Part shown: one piece after another, positions 9,313 to 17,521 of the stretch
Position numbering within the stretch: position 1 is the first letter of the stretch
Layout of the letters: each line of letters starts with the position of its first letter
Source of the DNA: an uncultured Ignavibacteriales bacterium
GTDB taxonomy: Bacteria; Zixibacteria; MSB-5A5; GN15; FEB-12
Reading direction: 5' to 3'
Length of the DNA: 20,000 nucleotides
Assembly (NCBI GenBank): GCA_964464605.1
Contig: CAYXJN010000002.1
Location: 308,344 to 328,343, forward strand
Notes under the pieces: model-generated
Seen by the model: only the letters and a program-made list of their open reading frames with translations
Told to the model about the DNA's origin: nothing
Database searches by the model: none
Made by a program: the position numbers and the translations under genes

Positions 9313-9490
9313 TACGGACACCCTTCACCAACTCATCTGTTAGTTTAATCAGGTGTTTCAGTAATTTATCTTGATCAAGTTTTTGATCAGAAGTAGAATC
9401 GGCGATCTGCTTTAATAACTGATCTTCCGGCTCGCCCTTCATGGCCTGCGTTAGCCAATTCTGCACAAATTCTTTTTTTGATTCAGCCAA
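9305..9490 (-). CDS. Small (61 aa) helical hypothetical protein overlapping the ATPase start
   Basis: TTG start preceded by GGGGTGG; its TAG stop overlaps the ATPase ATG (aATGAATAGc, 8-nt overlap); charged amphipathic sequence; fills the gap between the ATPase and the M48 gene. Confidence 0.65.
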   Translation of the reverse strand: MAESKKEFVQNWLTQAMKGEPEDQLLKQIADSTSDQKLDQDKLLKHLIKLTDELVKGVRNE

Positions 9491-9544
9491 ATTCCACCCC
9501 TGCTCACTGTGATTATTTCAATTCCCCTGTCAACTTCGGGAAAA

Positions 9545-10381
9545 CTACTTCTTCTTCAACCGCGCCACCATCTGCTGGTAGCGTTGGTCGCCGGTGACAA
9601 GTTTCGGATCGAGTGCGCCCATTTCAGCAATCTGTTTTTTGGCATTCGCGATACGCTCCTGGGTGTCCGGATGTGAAGAGAGCAATTTTTCGAAAACATT
9701 CGATTGGCTGCCGCCCAAACGGGCAAGCGTTTCGAACATCGCAATCGCGCCGTTCGGATTGTAGCCTGCTTTGACCATGTAGATAATCCCAAACTTATCT
9801 GCTTCCCGTTCATGGCTGCGGGAGTATCCGGAAAAGGCGAGCGCCATACCGGCGTTAATAGCCAAATCTCTCGCCTGATTCTGCTCCGCGCTGTTACCTG
9901 AAAGAAGAGCGAGCGCTACCTGTGTGCCGATTGTCGCCTGAATCTGTTTCGCGCTGTGGCGGGCGACTACGTGGGAAATTTCATGCGCCATCACTGCCGC
10001 CATTTCTGATTCATTCTTCATTTCACGAAGCAAACCGGTATAGAAATAGACAAACCCGCCCGGTGCGGCGAAGGCATTGATCTGATCGGACTCGATAACG
10101 GTGAATTTGTATTCGATATCCTTGCGGTCGCACACTTTGACGATTTTTTGTCCGACTTCGGCGAGATATTTCTGCCAGACGGTATCGGGAGATATTTTTT
10201 CAGTCTGTTGTACCTGTTCCGCCATCCCCAAACCGATCGATGTTTCCATCGCTGAGGGAATCAACACCAGCGATTTGTCTCCTCCCGGTCCGGTGGTGGT
10301 GCAGGACATAATGAACAGCAAAACGCTGATGCAGGCATACAGCGTGATTCTCCGTTTGCTCATTTGGCATTCCATTGGCAT
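9545..10381 (-). CDS. M48 family zinc metallopeptidase (BepA/LoiP-like), probable lipoprotein
   Basis: INAFAAPGG, HEISH zinc motif, YSRSHEREAD, SSHP motifs; lipobox-like LLFIMSC. Start placed at ATG 10381 (GGGAGA RBS) or 10363 instead of 10474, which overlaps the upstream gene. Confidence 0.9.
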   Translation of the reverse strand: MPMECQMSKRRITLYACISVLLFIMSCTTTGPGGDKSLVLIPSAMETSIGLGMAEQVQQTEKISPDTVWQKYLAEVGQKIVKVCDRKDIEYKFTVIESDQINAFAAPGGFVYFYTGLLREMKNESEMAAVMAHEISHVVARHSAKQIQATIGTQVALALLSGNSAEQNQARDLAINAGMALAFSGYSRSHEREADKFGIIYMVKAGYNPNGAIAMFETLARLGGSQSNVFEKLLSSHPDTQERIANAKKQIAEMGALDPKLVTGDQRYQQMVARLKKK

Positions 10382-10406
10382 AACTCGTATCTCCCTATAC
10401 TGATTC

Positions 10407-10829
10407 TCAAAGTTTGATTTTATCGGCAAGGTCACCGATAAGCGGCAGGCGGATTTTTTTCCCTTGCAGCACATACCAAATCCCCACCACCGAACAGGCG
10501 AAGGCGAGGATCAAAACTAATTTGAACACTAAATTGGAAAGCGCGCCGATTAAAAAAAGCGCCGCTAACAACTCAAACAGAAACAAGATTAATCCCTGCC
10601 GCGCGTGAAAGAATGCTTCTTTGTTGTCCCGCATATTCAATAACGGAATGAAACAGAGAAACGGGATATAGGATAGAATTGCCGCAACACGCGCCTCTTC
10701 CGGCAATGTGTCCGGGGATTCTGCATTCGGCGTCGTTTGTGTTGATTCGGTTCCGGGGTTCAACTCCTGCGTGACAGGAACTTCTTCCGCCTGTCTTGGT
10801 TCATCCGGAAAAAACATCGATTCGGGCAT
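10407..10829 (-). CDS. DUF4870/Tic20-like membrane protein
   Basis: AAILSYIPFLCFIPLL...FHARQGLILF...GKKIRLPLIG pattern with three hydrophobic segments after an acidic N-terminal tail; GGGAG RBS. Confidence 0.75.
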   Translation of the reverse strand: MPESMFFPDEPRQAEEVPVTQELNPGTESTQTTPNAESPDTLPEEARVAAILSYIPFLCFIPLLNMRDNKEAFFHARQGLILFLFELLAALFLIGALSNLVFKLVLILAFACSVVGIWYVLQGKKIRLPLIGDLADKIKL

Positions 10830-10856
10830 AGGTTACCGTTTTCACTCCCTTGTTTC

Positions 10857-12971
10857 TTATACCGGCCAGAACACTTCACGACTTAGCTCCGGTACCGTAA
10901 AGATAAGCGGTTCAGTACCGGGACACATATCGATTTTTTCCTGCCCCGACAGGATTGAAACAACGACTTTGAGCTGCCCATGCCCCGACGGCCAGAGCGC
11001 GGAACGCCTGACGGCAAACTCGGCAACATCGACAAAGGCAAACCGATTGCCGGATTGTTCGATCGGCGCTATCAAAACCGGAAAATCAAATGTCTGGTTT
11101 GCTTCACCGGTCAGGTCAAATTGAAAACTCAGATTCGGTACGGTGCGAAGCGCTTTTGCATCGATGATATCGATACAGAAGTAAACAAAATCAGCATCAT
11201 AGCCGAAACGAATCGATTCGATATGCCGGTCGACACGATGCATCGCCCCACCCGTATTCCCTGTTGTCAATTGTCCCGACCCGGCCCATTCATAGAAAAA
11301 GGTAATACGTCCGTCGATATCCGGGGTTATATGCCCTTCGGGAAGCTGGAGTTTAACGCGCGATCCTGACTGATAAATCGGCTCATTCAAATGTGGCGGC
11401 GTCCCGCGGCCGATGGCATGATAGATCGCCGCTAAATGTCGGCGATAAATAAGATCAAACGATGCGTTATCCTGTCCGCGGTGCTCATCCCCATACCACC
11501 AGCACCAGTCGGAACCTTCGGCGATGTATACTTGCTCCCATGCTTTTGCAATTTGTTCCTGTGCCATGATTCCGGACGCTGCCGCTTCGACAACAGCAGT
11601 ACGTGCTTCGGACAACAAGTCCCACGCGCGATTGTCCTCATGATGTCCGATCCAGACGCGGAAGTTATGGCTTATCCATGACCCGGCGAATAATCTTGGC
11701 AACGGCTGCGCGGGAATTGATTGTGCTGCTTCACGCATGGTAACGCAGCGCAACAGCGGTTCGTCGTTCAGGCGCTTATAGAGCAACTCAAGAAACGGCT
11801 TTGCATCCTCTCGATAATATTCCCATGCATTTTCACCGTCGAGCACAACCGGAACCACAACATTATCCAACTCGGTTTCGAATCGGTTACGCAGCTCCAG
11901 CAATGAGCGGATAAAATCATCGACCGCCCGTTCCGGCTCCCATCCGGAATAAACAAATCCGATTTTATCTGACAAACCATGATCACGGAAAAACATTTTA
12001 AGCCCATTCGGCAATTGATACACGGTAAACTGACCGAACCGGGCGCCGCTGATACCGGATTTATGCAGCGATTGAAAGAGCACTTCCTCATCCGAGGCAA
12101 TCCATGACAACCCGAGCCGCTGTGCGATGTCCCCTACCTGCTCGGACACCGAACCTTCCGACGGCCACATGCCGACCATCGGCTGTCCGAATAATTCAGA
12201 GAACTTTGTCAGAGAACGTTTGATATGCACTTCGGCATCCTCAGGATGAGCAAAACGGGTTTTCGGCAACTGTGCATCCGGCATTGCCTCGCGCGCCGAA
12301 TCGGTATCGCACAACAGCGGAAGAATCGGATGAAAATATGGTGTGAAGGAAACATCGATTTTCCCCTCGGCGTAGAGTTTTTGATAGGTCGGTACAATCC
12401 GCGCTAAGTGCTTAGTCTGCCAATTGAGAAAAAGCTGTTTATCCTCTTCCGTAAACTGCTTTCCTTTATCAAAGAGCATCGCCAACGGCTGTTCCATGCG
12501 AAACATCGGATCAACCCAGGCTAAATTCGACCAGACTTGTAAATCACGAATCTCTTCGGAGGAAAATAGATCCGGCAGAATATCCTGATTCGGACTATCC
12601 TGCGCTTTGTAATACAACCCCGCGAACCGCTCATGCGGTTCAATCATATTTTTTATATGGGCGCAAAAAAATGTGGAAAGAATCTCCTGTTTCTGGTCAC
12701 GCCGAAGCTGCTGGGCGGAAATGCGGGTAAGTTCCAAGTGTGGATCGGTTCCCCCCTGCAAATACAGATCGATTTGATCGATAAGGGATGGAACGAGATT
12801 AAAGGTCGTTTTTACGCGTGGATTCGCCGCGGCCATAAGCGGCATATCGAGATAATCTTTTAGGGCATGCAATCGCACCCATGGGAGCAGCAATCGTTGT
12901 GAGCCGGGCTCACGATAGATCGGCTGGTGCATGTGCCAGAGAATGGCGACAGAGAGCGGCTGGGAAGCCAG
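10857..12971 (-). CDS. Glycoside hydrolase family 57 protein (alpha-glucan active), probable CTG start
   Basis: GH57 conserved regions LWHMHQP, PYFHPILPLL, WPSEGSVS (nucleophile Glu), LDGENAWE (acid/base Asp), AEGSDWCWW. The first beta-strand (SVAILWH) lies upstream of the track's ATG at 12932. Confidence 0.9.
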   Translation of the reverse strand: MASQPLSVAILWHMHQPIYREPGSQRLLLPWVRLHALKDYLDMPLMAAANPRVKTTFNLVPSLIDQIDLYLQGGTDPHLELTRISAQQLRRDQKQEILSTFFCAHIKNMIEPHERFAGLYYKAQDSPNQDILPDLFSSEEIRDLQVWSNLAWVDPMFRMEQPLAMLFDKGKQFTEEDKQLFLNWQTKHLARIVPTYQKLYAEGKIDVSFTPYFHPILPLLCDTDSAREAMPDAQLPKTRFAHPEDAEVHIKRSLTKFSELFGQPMVGMWPSEGSVSEQVGDIAQRLGLSWIASDEEVLFQSLHKSGISGARFGQFTVYQLPNGLKMFFRDHGLSDKIGFVYSGWEPERAVDDFIRSLLELRNRFETELDNVVVPVVLDGENAWEYYREDAKPFLELLYKRLNDEPLLRCVTMREAAQSIPAQPLPRLFAGSWISHNFRVWIGHHEDNRAWDLLSEARTAVVEAAASGIMAQEQIAKAWEQVYIAEGSDWCWWYGDEHRGQDNASFDLIYRRHLAAIYHAIGRGTPPHLNEPIYQSGSRVKLQLPEGHITPDIDGRITFFYEWAGSGQLTTGNTGGAMHRVDRHIESIRFGYDADFVYFCIDIIDAKALRTVPNLSFQFDLTGEANQTFDFPVLIAPIEQSGNRFAFVDVAEFAVRRSALWPSGHGQLKVVVSILSGQEKIDMCPGTEPLIFTVPELSREVFWPV

Positions 12972-12992
12972 GTGAATTCCCCTTTCTGGGGA

Positions 12993-13667
12993 TTACCCCT
13001 TCATCTTTTCAGCGTAAATAAGCTGAGCGCGATAGGCAGTTTCCGTCCCCGCGAAACGGGCGAGGATAATGTCGTACTGTTCTTTTGCGGCAGTTTTGTT
13101 GCCGGCATCAAGATAATTGCGCAAAGCGGCGATATAATAATCTTCCACCAGTGCGCCTGAGGTATCAACTTTGATTGCTTCGATGTATTTATCGGCAGCC
13201 TGTGCAAACTGGGACTGGCTTTCCATCGCCTGCGCAATACCGCCGATGGCGGAGGCTAAATGCAGTTTATCGGACCGATAGTCGCGGGCATATTGTTCGA
13301 AATATCTGATTGCTTCCGGGTAATTATGCTGACCCAAATTGATTCCACCGAGCATAAACACAGCCTGCTGCACCGCTTCATCGTTATTGTTGTCAGTAAT
13401 AACCTGATTCAGACTGGCGATAGCGTTCTGGGTGCTACCGCTGCGAAATTCCATGAGACCGCGGGAAAGAATTTCAGCCGATTCTCTTGCCTTCGCTTCC
13501 TGGGAATCTCGAAACCAAAACAGTCCTGCAATCAGCAGACCGGCCGCCACAACGCCGATCACGAGCATCTGCCAGTTCTCGGTCATCTGATGACGCGCAA
13601 GCAGCATGAAGTCAGCGAATTTATCGTCTTTAATCTGGCGCCGTTTTAATTTAACCTGTTCGGGCAT
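12993..13667 (-). CDS. Membrane-anchored TPR protein (YfgM/TPR_21-like)
   Basis: Basic N-terminus with IKDDKF, a single TM (LVIGVVAAGLLIAGLFWF), then TPR-like helices; AGGAG RBS. Confidence 0.8.
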   Translation of the reverse strand: MPEQVKLKRRQIKDDKFADFMLLARHQMTENWQMLVIGVVAAGLLIAGLFWFRDSQEAKARESAEILSRGLMEFRSGSTQNAIASLNQVITDNNNDEAVQQAVFMLGGINLGQHNYPEAIRYFEQYARDYRSDKLHLASAIGGIAQAMESQSQFAQAADKYIEAIKVDTSGALVEDYYIAALRNYLDAGNKTAAKEQYDIILARFAGTETAYRAQLIYAEKMKG

Positions 13668-13696
13668 GTCCGTGCTCTCTCCTGCTTAGGCAAATA

Positions 13697-13720
13697 CGGC
13701 ATGTTTGGTGAAACATGCCG
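13697..13720 (-). terminator. Intergenic hairpin (weak terminator or RNA stability element)
   Basis: Perfect 10-bp stem cggcatgttt-ggtg-aaacatgccg 12 nt after the barrel gene stop; only a weak tail (tattt) on the minus strand. Confidence 0.5.
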
Positions 13721-13732
13721 GAATGTTACTGA

Positions 13733-15256
13733 TTAAAAATATCCCGTAAAGCTGACCGTTATCTGGTGGTTGCGGTATTTTGATTCAACCGGAACCGACG
13801 TGAAGGTCGTTTCATATCCCGACGACTGGAATGCGTTGGCGATAGTCCACGGGAACACCATCTCATACGATTGATTGTATGATGAATAATTGTATGCAAT
13901 GTCGAACTGGATTTGGCTCCAGTGAATTCCGGTTCCCAATGCCAGATTGATGCTGGCTTCACTTGAAGTAGCAATTTCATTCGAGCTTGTCCGCGTAACC
14001 GACGGTGCAGCAAGCGGCACATAGCCGGCACCGGCGCGAAGCGGAATAGTACCAATTGAAGTTGCCTTGCGATATTCTGCTCCGCCGCGAATGGCGAACA
14101 CATTTTCCCAAAGTCCTTCTACTTCACGGAACGTTTCGATATTGTCAGAGCCCGGGTTGATTTTCAACTCGGTACGGTAAAGAATTTTCTTTCCGCTGAA
14201 TCCCTGATATTCAAGATCAAGAGCCAGTAAGAGATTTTCGGTCGCATTGTAAGCAAAACCACCGCGGACGATGAGCGGCATTTTGTAGCGGGTCAAATCA
14301 CGCGGAGCAATGAGGGTATCGGCGGCATCGCCAGCTACTCGTCCGTTAATAAGTACCTGCGCATATTGAATCGAATCAAGGGTAACATCAAGTGAATACG
14401 GCGTCCGTACCACTAAACCGCTGCTCCATCGTTCCGCCTGATACTTAAAGCCGAGCGCGACGTTGAATCCTGAGAATTTATTGGAATCCAAGCTCAGAAT
14501 GGATGCATCCAAATCGACGAACTGCGGTGAGAAATTGGTGATAGTCGGAAAATTGCGGGAATGCTGCTGAAACAATTCGGTGCGATACATGCGGCCGGTG
14601 TACACGTTCAGGGCGACACCACCGGCTAAATTGCCGTACAACCGGGTTCCGAATCCGAAACTCACCGTGTTCAGGCTGCCATGCAGTTCGGAACTAAAAT
14701 CAAACGTGGTCGGCGAAATAAAGGAAATCGGAAAATTCGCAATGAACTGGGTAACCGGCAGATCGGCGCCAAACGCTGACGTCGCCGACTGAAATTCATC
14801 GTAATTCCGCACCATGGAGATCGAGCCGATAAAGGGATGCCCCTTGATACGAGCCGGAACAACAATGGAGGCTGAACTTAAGTTATTAAACCCGCCGCCA
14901 TAATTGGTGCTTGACGGGGTCGAAGTAATATCTGCATTCGGAAGAAATAAGTTGGCACCACTAAACGGACTGGTTGCTGATGATCCACGGGGAATCTGAC
15001 CGCGGTAGCTTAAGGTAATCGCGACCTTATCATGCACTAAGAGTCCTGCCGGATTCCAGCTGACGGCCGACATATCGTCGGAAATAGCAGTATAGGCATG
15101 TCCCATACCGGCTGCTCTTGCCCCGCCGCCGTTAAAACTAAAATTGTACCGTGTGAACTTTGCATCGAAATAATCAGCCGGAGCCTCTAATTGTGCAAAC
15201 GCGCTCGGCGCAAGCAGGCATATGGCAAGAACTGTCAGTTTCACGAACGAACGCAT
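13733..15256 (-). CDS. Outer-membrane beta-barrel of the FadL/TodX/PorV superfamily
   Basis: Signal peptide; N-terminal GGGARAAGMGHAYTAISDDMSAVSWNPAGL motif; amphipathic strands; C-terminal aromatic ...VSFTGYF; AAGGAG RBS. Confidence 0.82.
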   Translation of the reverse strand: MRSFVKLTVLAICLLAPSAFAQLEAPADYFDAKFTRYNFSFNGGGARAAGMGHAYTAISDDMSAVSWNPAGLLVHDKVAITLSYRGQIPRGSSATSPFSGANLFLPNADITSTPSSTNYGGGFNNLSSASIVVPARIKGHPFIGSISMVRNYDEFQSATSAFGADLPVTQFIANFPISFISPTTFDFSSELHGSLNTVSFGFGTRLYGNLAGGVALNVYTGRMYRTELFQQHSRNFPTITNFSPQFVDLDASILSLDSNKFSGFNVALGFKYQAERWSSGLVVRTPYSLDVTLDSIQYAQVLINGRVAGDAADTLIAPRDLTRYKMPLIVRGGFAYNATENLLLALDLEYQGFSGKKILYRTELKINPGSDNIETFREVEGLWENVFAIRGGAEYRKATSIGTIPLRAGAGYVPLAAPSVTRTSSNEIATSSEASINLALGTGIHWSQIQFDIAYNYSSYNQSYEMVFPWTIANAFQSSGYETTFTSVPVESKYRNHQITVSFTGYF

Positions 15257-15333
15257 TCGGAAGATCTCCTTGACCCTAAAACCGTTTCATCATTTTGAGC
15301 TAATGACGTACCAGCCGTCAAAAACATTCAACG

Positions 15334-15362
15334 AGTATACCCCCGGCATTCGGGCAAGTCAA
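15334..15362 (-). promoter_or_regulatory. Sigma70-type promoter upstream of the barrel gene
   Basis: Minus strand TTGACT-17 nt-TATACT (5/6 match in both boxes), with A-tracts upstream. Confidence 0.7.
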
Positions 15363-15430
15363 CGGTTTTTCGGAGATTTTTGAATTGGGAAAGCCGAACC
15401 ATCCCCTTGACCGGCGAGCAGTTACGTCGG

Positions 15431-15457
15431 CCGGCGGTAATTGGACATTACCGCCGG
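15431..15457. terminator. GC-rich hairpin downstream of the DUF1573 gene
   Basis: Perfect 11-bp stem ccggcggtaat-tggac-attaccgccgg; no U-tract, so terminator function is uncertain. Confidence 0.4.
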
Positions 15458-15475
15458 GGGCAGTTCACAAGAAAT

Positions 15476-16249
15476 TTAGTGGGGTGGAGCGTTAGCCGGC
15501 AAACCGATCTCCTGATTTGCCTTTTCAGTCGCTTTCTGGGCGCTTTCGGCAGAGGCAAACCGCTTAACCGGAACCGTAAAACGGGTATTGGCAGAGTCAC
15601 TCACGCTGAAGGTGAATGACTTCTGAAATTCCATCTGCAATCCGTCTTTACTCAACGTCAGTACTCCGCTCGCTTCGGATTTCGCTTTAACAACTTCCGG
15701 AAGCGTCACCGTCCCGATTTCGATCGGCTGGGCTACCATCTGTAAGGTCAAATCCTGATCGGTGACATTTGTAATAGTAAACTTGATTTTATCCCGGGTC
15801 ATAGTGCCGACCGGAGTCATATCGAGTTTATACGGATACACGATCAGTGGATAGGTTGAATCGGGGCGAAGGGTCACTGTCGCACGATAAGTGATAACAT
15901 GTTCCTTTTCACTCGCACCGGTATCTTCAGTGTAAAACTTCGGCGTCCGTTCGGTTAGACCGGTGTAACGATAACTGTTGAAGATAATCTCCATATACGT
16001 GCTGTCGCCGGCGGGAAGCTGGTCTTTTTCAAGCGGTGCTTTTGTACAGGCGCAGCCGGGGACGATTCGGGTAATTTGGAGGGTCGTATCACCGGTTGAT
16101 TTCAACAGAAATTTGTGGGATACAAACGAATGCTGTGGGGTGATACCGAAATCGAAACTCTTTTCCGGCAAGGTCAGCACCGGCTCGGCGAAAGCAGTTG
16201 AACAGACGAACAACAGGCAAGCTGTAACAAGAACAACAAGACGATTCAT
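15476..16249 (-). CDS. DUF1573 domain (Ig-like) exported protein
   Basis: FDFG...HKFLLKSTGDTTLQITRIVPGCACT motif followed by a second Ig-like segment; signal peptide from ATG 16249 with GAGGA RBS. Confidence 0.8.
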   Translation of the reverse strand: MNRLVVLVTACLLFVCSTAFAEPVLTLPEKSFDFGITPQHSFVSHKFLLKSTGDTTLQITRIVPGCACTKAPLEKDQLPAGDSTYMEIIFNSYRYTGLTERTPKFYTEDTGASEKEHVITYRATVTLRPDSTYPLIVYPYKLDMTPVGTMTRDKIKFTITNVTDQDLTLQMVAQPIEIGTVTLPEVVKAKSEASGVLTLSKDGLQMEFQKSFTFSVSDSANTRFTVPVKRFASAESAQKATEKANQEIGLPANAPPH

Positions 16250-16369
16250 AACATTCCTCATATTTGAACAAACCATTAGTACCTGAATATCTCACTTATA
16301 CTCAAAAGGTACGCAGATGTTCGCCCGTGTAAAAGCAAAACATTTCACATCGAGGGATGAGGAAATCTG

Positions 16370-16570
16370 TCAATTCTGCTTTCGTATCAATCCGACCAAC
16401 CCAACAACGAGCGACAAAATCCCGCCAACAAACAACCAGATCGTTCTATCGGTCGGTGAGCCGGTAAACGCTCGGGAAAGTTCATCGTTGAGAGAATTAG
16501 ACGCCTGAAACGCCCAAACCAGCAACACAACCCCGACAATCAGCAGCCCCAATGATAGTCCCTTGGCCAT
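16370..16570 (-). CDS. DUF3185 family small membrane protein
   Basis: TM-SxxxELSRAFTGSPTDRTIW-TM pattern; AGGAGAGG RBS. Confidence 0.85.
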   Translation of the reverse strand: MAKGLSLGLLIVGVVLLVWAFQASNSLNDELSRAFTGSPTDRTIWLFVGGILSLVVGLVGLIRKQN

Positions 16571-16587
16571 TACCTCTCCTTGTTAAA

Positions 16588-16737
16588 TTAAATAGGTCGC
16601 TGACCGCGTATAATACGGATCAAGATAATAGCAAGTGCGATAAGCAGCAGTACATGAATCAGACCGCCGATCGTATAGGCTGTGGTCAATCCCAAAAGCC
16701 ATAACAGAATTAAAACAACTGCGATTGTGTACAACAT
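16588..16737 (-). CDS. lmo0937 family (DUF5670) small membrane protein, 49 aa
   Basis: MLYTIAVVLILLWLLGL...IGGLIHVLLLIAL...IRIIRGQR closely follows the family pattern; start at ATG 16737. Confidence 0.85.
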   Translation of the reverse strand: MLYTIAVVLILLWLLGLTTAYTIGGLIHVLLLIALAIILIRIIRGQRPI

Positions 16738-16902
16738 GGAATCTTCCCAACTGATAATTGGTTCGATATCCCTTCCTTGGTTGTTATACACCGGTGCACA
16801 CAATAAGACGCAACCCATAGCTTCCCTTTTTTCTTGCCCTCACCTGAGGGAAGGCTTTTCTTTCTGCCATTACAGTTATCATGTACGCATGGAGGTTCAC
16901 TT

Positions 16903-17508
16903 ATGATTGCGAAAAAGAAATTTCCTGGTTCGGCTATTCTCGTTCCGGTATTTCTCTTCTTACTCTTTGCTTCGTCAATACAGGTTAACGCACAAACAGC
17001 AAATGATGCCTCTGGCCCTGACTGGAAACAATTCGTTCAGCGTTCCTTTGAAGCCTTGAAAGCGGAAAAGTATGACGAGTACGCCGCGATGTTACACCCC
17101 CTGGAAGCGGCCGAACTGAAGCGCACAATGATTTTGGCATTTACCATGGTGAAGGATACCACGGTCGATCAGCAAATCGCGCAAATGCTGTTCAAAACGA
17201 GCAATCTTACCGCAGCGGCAATGTTGGATAGTGTGACCTTTACCAGCAGGCTTTTAGGCGGGGTGCTTTCCCTCCCGGCAGTAAAAGGGATGCTAACCAA
17301 TGCCGAAATGGAAATCCTCGGTGCAATCCCAGAAGGAAAGGAATTGATGCATGTGCTGTATCGATCAACGATTCTTATGGGTGAAACGAGAGTTTCTCAA
17401 ATAGAGGTCTCGACTCTGCAGCGATACAACAATGGATGGACACTGACGCTCGATGGAGAAATGGAACAAGCACTTTCCGGTATTATCCAGAGAATAACGG
17501 GGCAGTGA
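16903..17508 (+). CDS. Hypothetical exported protein (201 aa)
   Basis: GGAGG RBS 7 nt before ATG 16903; signal peptide ending VNA-Q; no family recognised. Confidence 0.7.
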   Translation: MIAKKKFPGSAILVPVFLFLLFASSIQVNAQTANDASGPDWKQFVQRSFEALKAEKYDEYAAMLHPLEAAELKRTMILAFTMVKDTTVDQQIAQMLFKTSNLTAAAMLDSVTFTSRLLGGVLSLPAVKGMLTNAEMEILGAIPEGKELMHVLYRSTILMGETRVSQIEVSTLQRYNNGWTLTLDGEMEQALSGIIQRITGQ

Positions 17509-17521
17509 CAGTTTTTCGCAG

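Noticed and set aside
7636..9321. Calling the ATPase sbcC, recN or smc
   Set aside because: No adjacent sbcD/scpAB, a degenerate LSESQ signature with DD Walker B, an extra C-terminal domain and atypical composition argue against a housekeeping repair gene.
6872..9537. Imperfect inverted repeat flanking the AT-rich cassette (gaagttg...aatt at 6872-6889 versus 9520-9537, 12/18 match)
   Set aside because: Only 7 contiguous matches, no target-site duplication or transposase seen; compatible with chance.
10382..10474. N-terminal extension of the M48 ORF given in the track
   Set aside because: Overlaps the DUF4870 gene and precedes a good RBS and lipoprotein signal.
15400..15460. Possible structured ncRNA or riboswitch in the intergenic region upstream of the barrel gene
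   Set aside because: Only one solid hairpin, located upstream of the predicted promoter, and no recognisable Rfam-type motif; a covariance search would be needed.
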